Of a stretch of DNA of 64,000 nucleotides, positions 10,795 through 23,960 are shown piece after piece (within the stretch, counting starts at the first letter, position 1; the number at the start of each line of letters is the position of its first letter). The DNA comes from Eledone cirrhosa. Taxonomy: Eukaryota. The translations under genes were made by a program, and so were the position numbers. Where the stretch lies: NCBI GenBank assembly GCA_964016885.1, contig OZ024741.1:296856001-296920000 (forward strand), read 5' to 3'. The notes under the pieces are model-generated. The model was not told the origin of the DNA. It searched no databases and was given only the letters and a program-made list of their open reading frames with translations.

Positions 10795-13501
10795 TATTTC
10801 GTTTCTGAATTTGTTTAGCAAGATTCTTTATCTGAAATCGTGTGTTGAAACCGATATTGTTATACTTTGGGAGGGTCATGTTGCCAATAAGAAACACACG
10901 CACCAGTTGCTTTCACTTCAATTTATTATATATTTATAAATTTACAAATCTACAAACTTATAAATTTCTGGTTGGTTGGTTGGTTCCACAACCAGATAGT
11001 TGTTTATATATAGTCATAGTCCTTTCGTCACACACTCTGTGACCTCTTCAGTGACTGGGGATTCCTTTCTTTGTTTCTGTGCCTTTCCTTTCTTCTATCC
11101 TACGCCATTTTGTTTCTGTGTGTGTGTTGTGTGCTCAGTTTGCGCATGCGCCACATCCGGGTGTCTGTGTGTGTTTGTGTTCATTTATATATTTGTTTAT
11201 TTATTTATTTATTTATTGTTGGTTGGTTGTTTGTTCTATGTGTGTGTGTGTTTTCATTTTGTCCTGTGTGTGTTTTCATTTTGTCCTTAATTGTAAGTTG
11301 TTTGTTCTATGTGTGTGTGTGTTTTCATTTTGTCCTGTGTGTGTTTTCATTTTGTCCTTAATTGTAAGTTGTGATGTTGCTGTTCCACTCATATTTTCTA
11401 TTTAATTTTGGTTTTAATTCTTTTATGCTTACTGCCTCTGTAATTTGCCTAAACATTGCGTCTTTTCTGTGTGTGGATTCTATTTTTATTTCTATGCTCT
11501 CTAATCTACCCCTGTGTTCTATCTTAGCATGTTGGTAGAGCACAGATGATTCTTTATTATCTTGGAGGTCTCGCCAGTGTTCATTTATTCGTTCCCCTAT
11601 ACTACGAGCTGTCTCACCTATGTACACTATATTTTTGTTTCTACATTGTCCTTCAGTACATCTTATGCTATACACTACATTTCTAGTTTTACAGTTAATA
11701 TGGGGGCTTATTTTACAGGTTATACATTTCTTATCTATACATCAGGGTCTTTGGAACGGGTATGTCTTGCTAATAAGTGTTTTTACGGAGGTACCTGGTC
11801 TTTCTACTATCTTAATATTGAGATTATGTTTATTTAGGGCCCTTCTAAATTTGTAGGCTAGTTCGCCTCTAGGGGTTGTATTGATGAACATTACACTCTG
11901 GTATTTATTGCTATCATACCACGAGTTTATTCTATTGGCCTTGTTCCTAGTTCTTTCTATTCTATTCCAAAATTTGCTCCTATACAAGGGGCAGGTCCCA
12001 TTTATGTCATTATTTACCATTTTTTCCTATTTGGTTCTGGCTCCTCTATATACTCTGATTTTATCTCTCTGATTGTAACCAGAGAACTGCATACGGTGGA
12101 TGAAGTGTTGTATGTGTCTCTCTAGTTCTTCGGGGTTGCACATGCGGGACACATTTCTCATCACCCGTACCAAATCCGCAATCAGTATGTTGATTTTGGT
12201 ATGGTCCGAAATGGCCGAGTTTCGGTGGATCAGATGTTTGGAAGTCATGGGTTTGGCATAATGGGAATGGAGGATTTGTTTTTGGTTGTTAATGGTATCT
12301 AACCAGAGCTCTGTGTCTAGTACAGGTAATCGATGGTTGGGGTGTCTACTTGGGTAGTCTATAGTAACTCTAATGCTCTGGTGGATGGAGTTTGCTATTT
12401 GCTGGATGCTTTCCATTGTGTTTTTCTCTAGTTCCTGACTGTTCTTTAGTGGGGGTGTCTTAACTACGATGTTTATATCATCTACGTAGCGGGAGTACAT
12501 TATCAGGGTTAAGCTGTCTTCTAATAGTTCATTAAGTTTTTGTTTAAGTCTACTGTCCCACCATACCATGAATAAGTTAGCTATGTCGCCTGCAATGCTA
12601 ACACCAATGGCTGCTCCTTCCTCTTGGGCATATGTTTTACCATTAAATTTGAACATATGTTCCTTAAGGGTTAATTTTATGCTGGCCCCTACCGCATGTG
12701 CAATCATTTTCTTCAGTTCATCGTGGTTTTCGGGTGTCCGTATGGCTCTGGTCCACCCGTTCCATCTATCTGTGTGGGTTTTCTTGGCCATTGAGGTAAT
12801 GGTAGGTGGTCTGCCTCTTGCTGGTCTTGTAGGGCACAGGTTGCTAAGGTCATAAGTGTCTAGGTAACTATTACTATGGGTAAGCTTAAGTAGAAGTCCC
12901 AGCTCACTGGTATCAATCCCACGGAACTCAACTTTGCTCTCGCTGATCATTTCTACGCATTTCTCCACAGCAAAATCCACGTCAATAGATGGATACAGGG
13001 ACACAACATCCATACTGCCTATTATGCAGTTTGTTAGGTCCCCAGATCGGTTACCCGCGTCGATTCTGCTGAGGAGGTCCTCCGTGGTGTCACACACATC
13101 TGGGGACATCTCAATGATGGGGCGTATGATCAGGGAGAGGAAGTAGGACAGTATGTAGTTACTAGCAATGTTAGCCTCACAGACTGGCCGTGTTGGTGGT
13201 CCCGCGACAGGGTCCCAGCCCGTTTTATGGTCTTTTCGGAGCCCATACAACGCCGGCACGTCATTGTTCCAGGCCTGGAAGTTGTTGGCAGTCCTTTTGT
13301 TGGGCTGCATTATATTCGTCCACATCACCATATGGGCATTGAGGGCTTTTTCTCTATCCTCATGCTCCTGTGGTGTTACCTCTCTTGTGTTAGTGATGTG
13401 GGGTTGCATTGCCTGGATGTAGTTTGGCAGGCTGTCAACCGACATTCTGCCAGACTTGTCTGTTGGAAAACATGCATGTTTTCCAACAGACAAGTCTGGC
13501 A
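10795..13501 (-). mobile_element. Penelope-like element, second family (RT + GIY-YIG), two premature stops, 5' snap-back
   Basis: PTDKSG, SMDVVSLYPSI, EGAAIG, YSRYVDD, LPVLD, VVYSIRC..VYIGETARS; stops at 12027 and 11742 are W and S in the copy at 50932-52140. Confidence 0.92.
11012..11056 (-). ncRNA. Minimal type I hammerhead ribozyme in PLE 3' end
   Basis: Minus strand: agtca-CUGAAGA-g-gtcaca gagtg tgtgac-GAAA-ggac-UA-tgact. Confidence 0.8.
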
Positions 13502-13534
13502 TACATATATATATACATATATATATACATATAT

Positions 13535-14050
13535 ATAGCTTTCACCGTATTTTTGACTACAGGAATTTTAGCCTGATAATGGGGTTTAGAACCCTCAGAT
13601 AAATGGAAAAAGATGAGTAGTGACGTACATGGGACTCGAACCCACATCTTTGGTTATCGCGACCACTGTGCTACCATTACACCAACACATCACCCATCTC
13701 TTTCCATTCAAATTAGAAGCTACATTCTTAGCGAGTTTAAATGGCAAGTAAGTATGTTTTGAAACAGTGAGCGAGTTTGTTTCAAAACATACTTACTTGC
13801 CATTTAAACTCGCCAAGAATGTAGTTTCTAATTTGAATGGAAAGAGATGGGTGATGTGTTGGTGTAATGGTAGCACAGTGGTCGCGATAACCAAAGATGT
13901 GGGTTCAAGTCCCATGTATGTCAATACTCATCTTTTTCCATTTATCTGAGGGTTCTAAAGCCCATTATCAGGCTAAAATTCCTTTAGTCAAAAATACGGT
14001 GAAAGCTATTCTATTTTCAAACCTGCTCACTGTTTCAAAACATACTTACT
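13535..14050. repeat. Palindrome (~230-bp arms, 11-nt loop) carrying a tRNA-like cloverleaf in each arm
   Basis: 13535-13766 mirrors 13778-14009; A box tggtgtaatgg and B box ggttcragtcc at ~13853-13923; 14024-14050 repeats the unit start. Confidence 0.85.
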
Positions 14051-14055
14051 ATACA

Positions 14056-14105
<50 letters not shown>

Positions 14106-14132
14106 AATATATATCTATACATATATATATAC

Positions 14133-14212
<80 letters not shown>

Positions 14213-14214
<2 letters not shown>

Positions 14215-15155
14215 TTATCAGTGGTGGAGGGTGCTCTCAAAGTACAGTAGCTAGAGTCAGAACTGGATGGAAAAAGTTCAGAGAGCTTATACCACTATTA
14301 GCTGCTAAAGGGTTCTCTCTAAAAATGAAAGGCAGGCTGTATGATGCCTGCATACGAACAGGAATGTTACATGGCAGTGAGACCTGGGCATTGTGTGCAG
14401 AGGATATACGCAGACTGGAGAGGAACGAAGCTTGCATGCTCCGCTGGATGTGTAATAGTAATATACGTGAACGGCAAAGCATAAACGAACTAAGGGAAAA
14501 ATTAGAAATAAGAGGGATCAGATGTTGTTTACTCGAGAGAAGATTATGTTCGTATGGACACGTGATGCGCATGAAAGACGACAGTTGTATAAAAAAGTGT
14601 AGGGCAATAAAAATAGACGGTAGCCACGGAGTAGGCAGACCCAGAAAAAACTGGGACGACTTGATAAATTCCGACCTCACACACTTACACCTCTCCAAGA
14701 CAATGTCACTGGACTGAGATCTTTGGCGCTACACAGTAATACAGAAGACCCACCTTACCTAAGTACAAAGTGAAACCTACTACAGTCAGTAGGCACATCT
14801 AACAAAATACACCTCCATCCCACTACACCCACCCCATCCACACCACCCCTTTCAATGTAAAGTTATGTTGGTACCACAACATCCAGTCCGAAACAAATGA
14901 GGTCATGTAGGTGTCACGACAAAAAAACACACAGTCCACGCTGTAATGTGGCCGCATAGGTAACACGGTAAAAACCTCCCAGTCCACACTGTAAACGTGG
15001 TTGGTGTTAGGAAGGGCATCCAGCCGTAGAAAACCCGCCAGACAGTCCTATGCGAGCAAGACACCCACTCTTGCCTCAAGTGGGAAAACTCCCGTCCAAA
15101 CCCATGCAAGCGTGGAAGATGGACGTTAAACAATGATGATGATGATGATGATGAT
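14213..15155 (+). mobile_element. RTE family B 3' fragment
   Basis: [22 protein letters not shown]; 3' UTR; (GAT)n tail. Confidence 0.92.
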
Positions 15156-15220
<65 letters not shown>

Positions 15221-15249
15221 CATAAATATATATATATATATAAATATAC

Positions 15250-15309
<60 letters not shown>

Positions 15310-15320
15310 ATATATATATA

Positions 15321-15657
15321 TCATCATCATCATTTTATGTCCGCTTTTCCCTGCTTGCAAAGGTGGGACGGGAACTGATTCTGGCTTGATTTCTACAGCT
15401 GGATGCCCTTCCTAACACCAACCTCATTTACAGTGAGTGCTGGGTGCTTTTTTGCCGTGGCACCTCCACGACCACTTTGTAGTGGAATGATAGGGACCCC
15501 AGTCCCTATCATCTCATTTCTACAGCTGAGTAAACTGGAGCAATGTGAAATAAAGTGTCTTGCTCAAGGAAACAACACATCACCTGGTCTGAGAATTGAA
15601 CTCACAACCTTTCGATTGCAAGACCAATGCTCTAACCACTAAGCCATGTGCCTCCAT
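15321..15657 (-). mobile_element. tRNA-derived SINE with RTE-A tail, full length
   Basis: Reverse complement of 53633-53980. Confidence 0.88.
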
Positions 15658-15703
15658 ATATGTATATATATATACATATACATATATATATATATATATA
15701 TAT

Positions 15704-16010
15704 CATCATCTTCGTTTAACGTCCACTTTCCACCCTAGCATGGGTTAGACGGGAGTTGTCCCACTTGAGGCAAGGTTGGTCGGGTGACCGTGTCTCGCTC
15801 ATATAGGACTATCTGGCAGGTTTTCTACGGCTGGATGCCCTTCCTAACACCAACCACATTTACAGTGTGGAACTGGGAACTTTTTACCGTGTTACCTACC
15901 CGGCCACATTACAGCGTGGACTGTGTGTTTTTTTCTCGTGACACCTACACGATCTCGATCTCGATCTCATTTATCTCATTATTTGGACTGGATGTTGTGG
16001 TACCAACTTT
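15704..16010 (-). mobile_element. Diverged RTE-B-like 3' UTR
   Basis: Similar to 31154-31440; (CAT)n start. Confidence 0.75.
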
Positions 16011-16091
16011 ATAGAGAGAGGGTGGTGTTGGTGGGAGTGGGAGGAAAGGGTAGAGGAAATTGTAGTTTACTTGAAGCATTGCGTAATGAGG

Positions 16092-16507
16092 TATAAACGT
16101 TTGGAGTTAGAAGGCCAAAACAATGCAGGTATGGATATAGAATATAAATACAAATGCAAAAGATATTGCTGACAATTAGTCTTTTACCTTAAATTTATTT
16201 GAATATTCTTAATTTTCGAGATAATATCTCTTCTTCAGAGGGCAGTAAATGGGTTAATCCAGTGTTCTAATTAGCTTGCCAAGTCATGCTGACAGACTAT
16301 TTACTGTCAGCATGACTTGGCAAGCTAATTAGAATACTGGATTAACCCCTTTACTTCCCTCCAAAGAAGAGATATTATCTCGAAAATTAAGAATATTCAA
16401 ATAAATTTAAGGTAAAAGACTAATTGCCAGCAATATCTTTTGCATTTGTATTTATATTCTATATCCATACCTGCATTGTTTTGGCCTTATAACTCCAAAC
16501 GTTTATA
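16092..16507. repeat. Near-perfect palindrome (~204-bp arms, 8-nt loop) with hammerhead core
   Basis: Centre gctgacag-actattta-ctgtcagc; left arm read on minus gives CUGAAGA-a-gagata t tatctc-GAAA (16213-16238). Confidence 0.9.
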
Positions 16508-16521
16508 TATATATATATATA

Positions 16522-17061
16522 TCCTAATATAATAAAGGGATAAGTGCGGGATTGTGTCCTGAATATATTTTTTTATCCCGTTATTAATGAATGAATATTA
16601 CATAATTTATGTACTAAATTTCGTTGCTGTTGATTAAACATAAATATTCTCATATATAATGATTGTTTATTTTAAGATTCACTTCTTTTAAAATTTTCAA
16701 ATGTCAATACTTCCGGTTATGATATAACGGACACTATATTATATCGCTTATTTAAACATTCAAATATTTGCATCGTTATATCATAACATCTATATTTCTG
16801 TTGCTAATTTTCTCCTTTTCCGTTTTCATTACATTTCACCGTAATGCAGTTTATATATAATATCGTCTTTTTTAAAATGTTTCATGGATTACTTTACTGA
16901 TTACAGAAGAGAGTGTAACACAGTCTCTCTTCAATTTTTGTGCATATTGGCAATTATGATTTTATTTGATGTATCATATCTACATGCATATGTATTTGCG
17001 TATAATATATGCACACTACACATGCTAGCAGAAAACCACCCGAAGGGTGGTTTCCTGCTAG
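16522..17061 (+). mobile_element. Non-autonomous Helitron
   Basis: A|TCCTAATATAATAAAGGG start; 3' hairpin ctagcagaaaaccacc-cgaag-ggtggtttcctg ending CTAG|T; A-T insertion site with no TSD. Confidence 0.7.
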
Positions 17062-18003
17062 TATATACAATTCAAATTAAAAAATATATGTATATAGCCA
17101 TATATCATTAGAGAACACATAGTATTTTGTACATATATATATAAAGCATATAATATTTAGGAAACAGTATATACTTTAAGGTGGAAAAGTTATTATCTTC
17201 CTTATGGCTGCCATTTCATATTTCATAGAACCAGTGTGAAAATCGATCTAAGCAATCGATCATCGATTATCAACTATTGATTTTGGTATAGCTCCAGAAG
17301 ATGTGGAACTAATCATCAGAGGAAATTGTCTTATTATAAATTCTAATAAAGTACAAATTACCTTTATATCTGTCATGTTCCATGACACCTCGTGTTGTGA
17401 ATTAATTTTCAACAGTGACGTCTACTAGAAAGAGGTGCGATGTACACTCACAGCACAAGCAGTTTAATAATTAAGAATTTGGAACAGATGTATACTAATT
17501 TAAAGTATCATAACATATATAGAATGTATAATGAACAGGTTTCTCAGCAGAAAAGATCTATGTGTATATATACATATATACATACATATATAAAAATGAC
17601 TTCAATAAATTTACATTTTACCTTTATTTATTCAGTTTTCCATGCCTTCGTATTTGTTCAATCTTATTGCACTCTGAGTTCAAATTCTGCCATTATCAAT
17701 TTTGTTTTTCATCCTTTTAAGGTTAATGAATAAAATACCAGTTTAATACTGGACTGATTCTCTCTATCAGTTTCCCAAATTTCTCTCTCCCTCTCCTTAA
17801 TCTTTCCCTCTTTCTCTGTCTCTCCCCTCTCTGTCTCTCTCCCTCTTTGGAAGAAATCAGCTGTGTTTAAACCTGAAGAAAGATCAGCACCATCAGATTT
17901 AATCTGCTCAAGACATGCCATGTCATATATCAGGATAGTGCCCCTACAACTGCATCAAGTGTTAAGCACTCTTTACTAATTTACTACTTATTCATTTTTC
18001 CAG

Positions 18004-18114
18004 AAATTTCCACACGCAAGAAATGCCAGTTTGTAGATGATGACCATTGCACATTCCAGTATAAATATTGGTATGAAGGTACCGAGGTGTTCATTGAAGC
18101 GAAGGAGGAGAAAT
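18004..18114 (+). CDS. Integrin beta subunit exon (beta-tail domain: ISTRKKCQFVDDDHCTFQYKYWYEGTEVFIEAKEEK)
   Basis: tttttccag acceptor, gtaata donor; C-x-F-x-D-D-D-x-C-x-F-x-Y pattern; phase 1 joins the next exon in frame. Confidence 0.8.
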
Positions 18115-18589
18115 GTAATATAAATTTTTGATTTGTATTCATGTTATTTTTATTATTATTTTATTTACTTGTTAAAAAATATCTCCCATGCTGATAAGGC
18201 TGGAGTTTATCCCCATTTCTTTGGTGTTAGGTAACTGAAAGTACAAGAGTTCTCCTGGACATGACGCCTGTCCTTTGAAATGTAAACTCCCAGCTGAGTT
18301 GATTGGAGCAATGCAAAATGAAATGTTTTATTCAAGAACATAGATATAGATATCAAATACATAGATACAGATATCAAATAGTTAAAAGAGAAGCTAGATG
18401 ACAGGTTTACATAGTATGTTAAGATGTTGAAAACAAGAAGTTTGCCTATGTTATACAATGTGAGGACCAGTGGCATGGAATGATCTGCATAGCAAAGCTG
18501 AGTGCTTGTGTGGACCAGGATGTTGTTGGGGAAAAGCTTTTGGAATGACTCGTTTTTCTTAGCCTCACAAACGCTATAATAAGAAAGGA

Positions 18590-18800
18590 GGCCTGGAAGT
18601 GCTATTATGAGAAGCTAGTGAGTCTGGAGAATGTATGGAAGGGAGACTACTCCCAGTTGACTTCTCAGAGAAGTTAGTTACATGAGAAGTTGAGTTTGGA
18701 GAGCGAATGGAAGGGGGACTACTCCTGTTTGACTTAAGAGAGAGGTCGGTTACTGAAGTTGACAGTTAAAGTGTGAATGAAAAATGGAAAAGTTGGACTG
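18590..18800 (+). mobile_element. Old degenerate RTE fragment in intron
   Basis: aaggaggcctggaagtgctattatgagaagcta resembles 1797-1830 (EAWKCHYERL). Confidence 0.5.
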
Positions 18801-18812
18801 TCTATATATATA

Positions 18813-18907
18813 TATATTTGATATAGAAATGGCTTCTACAGGACTAGAACTATCTCCCGAATGAAACAGTTCTCGTCCTGTAGAAGCCATTTCTATATCA
18901 AATATTT
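18813..18907. repeat. Short fold-back (~40-bp arms)
   Basis: atatttgatatagaaatggcttctacaggac...gtcctgtagaagccatttctatatcaaatat. Confidence 0.85.
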
Positions 18908-19176
18908 ATACTCTGCTATGTATTGAGTACCGTACCCCTGATTGAACATGGGATAAAATTATATATATATATACACACATACATGTATATATATATATAC
19001 ACACAATGGGCTTCTGTAGTTTCTGTCTCCCAAATTTAATTCAGAAAGCATTGGTTAACTCTAGGCTATATAGTAGGACACACTTGCCAAAGGTAGCATG
19101 CAAGTGGGAGAAAACCATGCCTGTAACTATTATGCTTTTAGTTTTATTTTTATTTGTTAATTTCTTTCTTTGCCAG

Positions 19177-19337
19177 CCTGTCCCATTCCTGATTATGTTG
19201 TGCCAGTGGCTGTAGTAGGCGGAATAATTATCCTGGGTATCATTGCTATTTTGATCTACAAATGTGTTACAACAATCTATGACAGACGTGAATATGCAAA
19301 TTTTTTGCTATGTAATGAACATGCTAAGTGGAGCCCT
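19177..19337 (+). CDS. Integrin beta subunit exon (transmembrane helix + proximal cytoplasmic tail)
   Basis: CPIPDYVVPVAVVGGIIILGIIAILIYKCVTTIYDRREYANF..AKWSP; HDRRE-like motif; tttgccag acceptor, gtaagt donor. Confidence 0.92.
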
Positions 19338-19783
19338 GTAAGTTTAGATATTCGTTTTCTTTTGTATTTACAGTGATTTTATTTACTTGCTTTAGAAAAG
19401 CTGATTTTAAGAAGAATCGTATGTATTGTGCAAGAGAGATGATTGCATTGGTATAGACATATTAGTATAAAGAGCATGAGAATTGTATTTAAAAAGTGCC
19501 AAGAGTTATAAAGTGTTAGTGCTGGTGTCACAATATAATGCACCTAGTGCATTCTGCAATGTGCTACTGTTGGTACATGACAGAATGCAACGACTACTCT
19601 CTGAAATGTAGTTGGCATTAAAAAGACATCTAGCCACAGAAACCATGCCAAAAGTAGAGTAACATAGGTGTAAGCCAGTGCCTCCAAACCTGCTCATTTA
19701 CAACCCATCCAACCTTTGCCAACATGGATTTAAAATGATGGTGTTGAATGCTCTAAACCCTTGGATATTAATACCAAATTTGT

Positions 19784-19841
<58 letters not shown>

Positions 19842-20420
19842 ATGATGATGATGATGATGATATATCTACTGTTATTCTTTTACTTAGAAAACCCATCAGG
19901 CAGCATGATATATCATACACTAATTAGAATCTAGTCTCCTTCAACAGTACAAAGACAAAATCTCTACACATATCAAGAGAGTAATCTGGTACCTTATTTT
20001 CTCTAGCCGTGATTAACATGACATTGAAACCCTCAATATCACTACAAGAGCTAAGCTTCATAATCTCTAAGGATCGTCTTAATGTTCCTACATATATGTA
20101 TGAAAATTATTGACAAGTTCCCAAAACTTATTCGCTTAACAACTGCAGTGAGACTTGTTAAATCGGACCATGGAAACAATCTTTCTATTGCTGATACTAT
20201 CTACTGGTTGCAACATATATAACAGATAAACTGTGTCACAAAGACTCACTTTCCTTCTCAGAGATAGACAATATTTTAGAAAACTGAGGAGAAAAGGAAA
20301 ACTACAGAAATTGCAAAAAGGTCAGTCACACACATGAACACAGAGTATGTTAACTATATATGATGATGATGACGATGACGATGACGATGATGATTAAGGC
20401 AATATTTTTTTCTGTTACAG

Positions 20421-20501
20421 CGAGAAAATCCAATTTACAAAGTTCCAAAGTCAACATACATGAATCCATTATACGGAGGCAAAAAATGCAACACAGAATA
20501 G
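20421..20501 (+). CDS. Integrin beta subunit last coding exon (RENPIYKVPKSTYMNPLYGGKKCNTE*)
   Basis: ttttttctgttacag acceptor, phase 0; two NPxY motifs; TAG at 20499-20501; this frame is not in the ORF track. Confidence 0.92.
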   Translation, partial: RENPIYKVPKSTYMNPLYGGKKCNTE

Positions 20502-20755
20502 CCATTTCCTCTGCTGTTCTATGTGATGCTGCTTATTACTACTTCTCTTCAGCTTAACAAAAAAAAACAGGAATGAAACAAATAATTTTTTATGGAGAAA
20601 ACTTACTATATGTACTTCATGCTCATCCAGTCATCTGGATGTACCATAGTACCATTCTCATTTTCATTGCTTCCATTGATATGTATATACAAATATACAT
20701 ACATATATATAGATGTAAACAAAACTTCATCATTTTTTCTTCTTATATCTATCTA

Positions 20756-21764
20756 TCTATATACTACTAAAACTCTGATCTTGATTGTTTGCTTGCTTGC
20801 TTGCTTGCACACACTTTCTCTCTATATATATGTTCATATTTGTGTATATACAGGATGTCACCCCAAAAATGTATACCCACTTTGATTGCCTATACATGCA
20901 TTATTTGTTAGGATGGTGTATACAATTTTAGGGACCCCGGTATATATATATATGGTGTCCCCGAAAAATGTATACACACTTTGATTACCTGTACAGGCAA
21001 TATATATATTAGAATGGTGTATACATTTTTAGGGACCCTGGTATATATATATATATGGTGTACCCGAAAAATGTATACACACTTTGATTATCTGTACAGG
21101 CAATATATATATATTAGAATGGTGTATACATTTTTAGGGACCCCGGTATATATATATATATATGGTGTCCCCGAAAAATGTATACACACTTTGATTACCT
21201 GTACAGGCAATATATATATATTAGAATGGTGTATACATTTTTAGGGACCCCGGTATATATATATATATATATATGGTGTCCCCGAAAAATGTATACACAC
21301 TTTGATTACCTGTACAGGCAATATATATATTAGAATGGTGTTGGTGTATACATTTTTAGGGACACCGGTATATATATATATGGTGTCCCCGAAAAATGTA
21401 TACACACTTTGATTACCTGTACCGGCAGTATATATATTAGAATGGTGTATACATTTTTAGGGACACCGGTATATATATATGGTGTCCCGGAAAAATATAT
21501 ACACACTTTGATTACCTGTACAGGCAATATATATATTAGAATGATGTATACATTTTTAGAGACCCCGGTATATATATATGGTGTCCCCGAAAAATGTATA
21601 CACAGTTTGATTACATGTTCTGGCAATATATATATTAGAATGGTGTATATATTTTTAGGGACACCGGTATATATATGTATGGTGTCCCCGAAAAATGTAT
21701 ACACACTGATTACCTGTACAGGCAATATATATATTAGAATGATGTATACATTTTTAGGGACCCC

Positions 21765-21809
<45 letters not shown>

Positions 21810-22099
21810 TGTCCCCGAAAAATGTATACACAGTTTGATTACCTGTACAGGCAATATATATATTAGAATGGTGTATACATTTTTAGGGACACCGGTATAT
21901 ATATATATATGGTGTCCCGGAAAAATGTATACACACTTTGATTACCTGTACAGGCAATATATATATTAGAATGGTGTATACATTTTTAGGGACACCGGTA
22001 TATATATATATATCGTGTCCCGCAAAAATGTATACACACTTTGATTACCTGTACAGGCAATATATATATTAGAATGGTGTATACATTTTTAGGGACCCC

Positions 22100-22132
<33 letters not shown>

Positions 22133-22209
22133 TGTCCCCGAAAAATGTATACACACTTTGATTACCTGTACTAGACTACTCGTGACCCAACGGGTCACGA
22201 GTAGTCTTG
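20756..22209 (+). mobile_element. Helitron-like non-autonomous element containing a satellite array
   Basis: Starts TCTATATACTACTAAAA..(gctt)n; ends in a 16-bp hairpin agactactcgtgaccc-aac-gggtcacgagtagtct with CTTG (degenerate CTAG); same 5' leader at 25137. Confidence 0.55.
20849..22170. repeat. Satellite array 1: ~88-bp palindromic unit + variable (TA)n, ~13 copies
   Basis: ggtgtccccgaaaaatgtatacac...gtgtatacatttttagggacacc/ccc gg(ta)n. Confidence 0.95.
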
Positions 22210-22831
22210 TATAAAATAAAAGTTAAATAGTATACCCCACATATATAGATTTTTAATAGAAATTTTTAATTTTGACATAGATAGACTATTTTTATTTTTT
22301 TATTTTATTTTATTTAATAAAAATCTATTTTATACTTATTTTAATTTTATTTTATTTTATTTTATTTTACTAATACATTTTTACACTTCTTAATCGAATT
22401 TTTAGTATTTAAACCCAATATAAAATAATATACCCAGTTTCTATATTTTAGACCTCTAATATTTGAATACCATCTATAATTGTTTCTACGTTTTGGCACA
22501 AGGCCAGCAATTACACCAGTACATTACTGGTACTTTATTTTATCGCACATAGAACTCATCAATTTACTTTTTAACCGTTATTTACAGCTTGTTTCATTTT
22601 GACAGTGTTCCTGATCAAAAGTCTCTCTCTCTCTATCTACCTATCTATCTCTTTCTCTCTCTTCCTTCTTTCTTTTTTCCTTTTTTTTTCCTCTCTTCAC
22701 TTTCTTTTTCCTTTTTCTACTTCTTCTTTCCTTTTCTTCTATTTTCCTATCTTTTTCTTACTCTTATATTTCTGTCATATGTAGACTTTGCACTTTCCTG
22801 CTGACAAGTGCTTTTAGGCCTCATGTTACCT

Positions 22832-22901
22832 TATTTTATCTGATGAGAACACAATTTTTGTCCCAGGATGATGTTGTTTTCGAAATGTGCATAATAAAAT
22901 A
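22832..22901 (+). ncRNA. Type I hammerhead ribozyme, intact core, AUA site
   Basis: tattttat-CUGAUGA-gaacac...gttgttttc-GAAA-tgtgca-UA-ataaaata (8-bp stem I). Confidence 0.8.
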
Positions 22902-23960
22902 TATGGAACTTTTTTAACCATCTTTTAATTTCTTCTTCTTATATATATATATATATATGTGTGTGGTGTGTGTATAATTTCGAGCTTAATGAGTTTATGT
23001 CATTTGAAATGACAGAAAGTCATTAATATAATGGTACATCTTTTTCTTATTTCTAGGGTTGCTGAATCTAGAGCAATGTGATAATCATATATAGTGATAT
23101 CCAGAATTTGATAATATTTTGTTAACCTCTCTATCCCCCCTCCCTCCCCTTAAATTAGACATAACAGAGACGTTACCATATATACTCAAATATCAACTGA
23201 TCTAAATATAATCTAAACTCCTATTTTATGCCTGAGAAATGGGAAATATCGAAAACCCGTTTATAAGCTGAGGTAGCTAATCAACACATTATGTTTAGAT
23301 GGTGTGGTTTTGAAATACTCATGAGTATTAAATATATTTATGAAGTTTTAATATTTTGATGTTTAAAATGTTTTAATTGTCGTTTAAAATATATTTTTTG
23401 TTCACAACTCCATTATGTAATGCATTTTTACCATTTCATTCGTTTTATAGTTTCAACAAGTTTCTCAAACTTTTATTTACTTCTGGCCACTCACATACTG
23501 GGAGTAGTTGAAAGTAAACAATCGAATAAGAGAACCTTGTATAGGAATTCATTGAGTAGAAGTGGGAGAGAGAGACAGCAAGTAAGAGAGAGAGGAGAGA
23601 TAGAGCAAGAAAAAGAGAGGGAGAGAGAGCAATAAAATCAAATCAGATTTCTAACTTACGTTTTTAAGCATTATAGGGGTGCAGATGAAAACATGTTTAT
23701 TTTAGTAGACTTGCTATCAAAGAAAATTATTTTTTCGTAACAAAGCAATTTATTTGTCTCTATTTTCCTCTAATAATATATAACAGAGTTGCCAGTCCAC
23801 TCAAGGATGCCAGACAGTGTTGTTTCAAGATGTGTTAATCTTTCATCAGTGACACACATTCAATCTATACTGGCATGGAAATAGACTAAAGTCTATATAA
23901 AATGTTGCAGGTTGTTGTTTTAAATATCCACTTTCCCTGCTAGCAAGAGTTGGACGTATA

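Noticed and set aside
6049-10903. Many [12 protein letters not shown] ORFs here and throughout the window
   Set aside because: Stop-free translations of TA/CA microsatellites.
11742-11744. In-frame TGA in PLE as possible selenocysteine
   Set aside because: Sister copy has TCA (Ser) here, the same copy also has a TAG, and no SECIS was seen.
13448-13502. ATG start and N-terminus MPDLSVGKH of the 491-aa PLE ORF
   Set aside because: Created by a perfect 54-bp snap-back palindrome at the truncation point.
13853-13923. Functional tRNA gene
   Set aside because: Anticodon loop lacks U33 and purine 37, many G-U pairs, embedded in a repeat.
17220-17960. Additional upstream integrin exons
   Set aside because: No frame with splice sites and the expected Cys pattern could be found.
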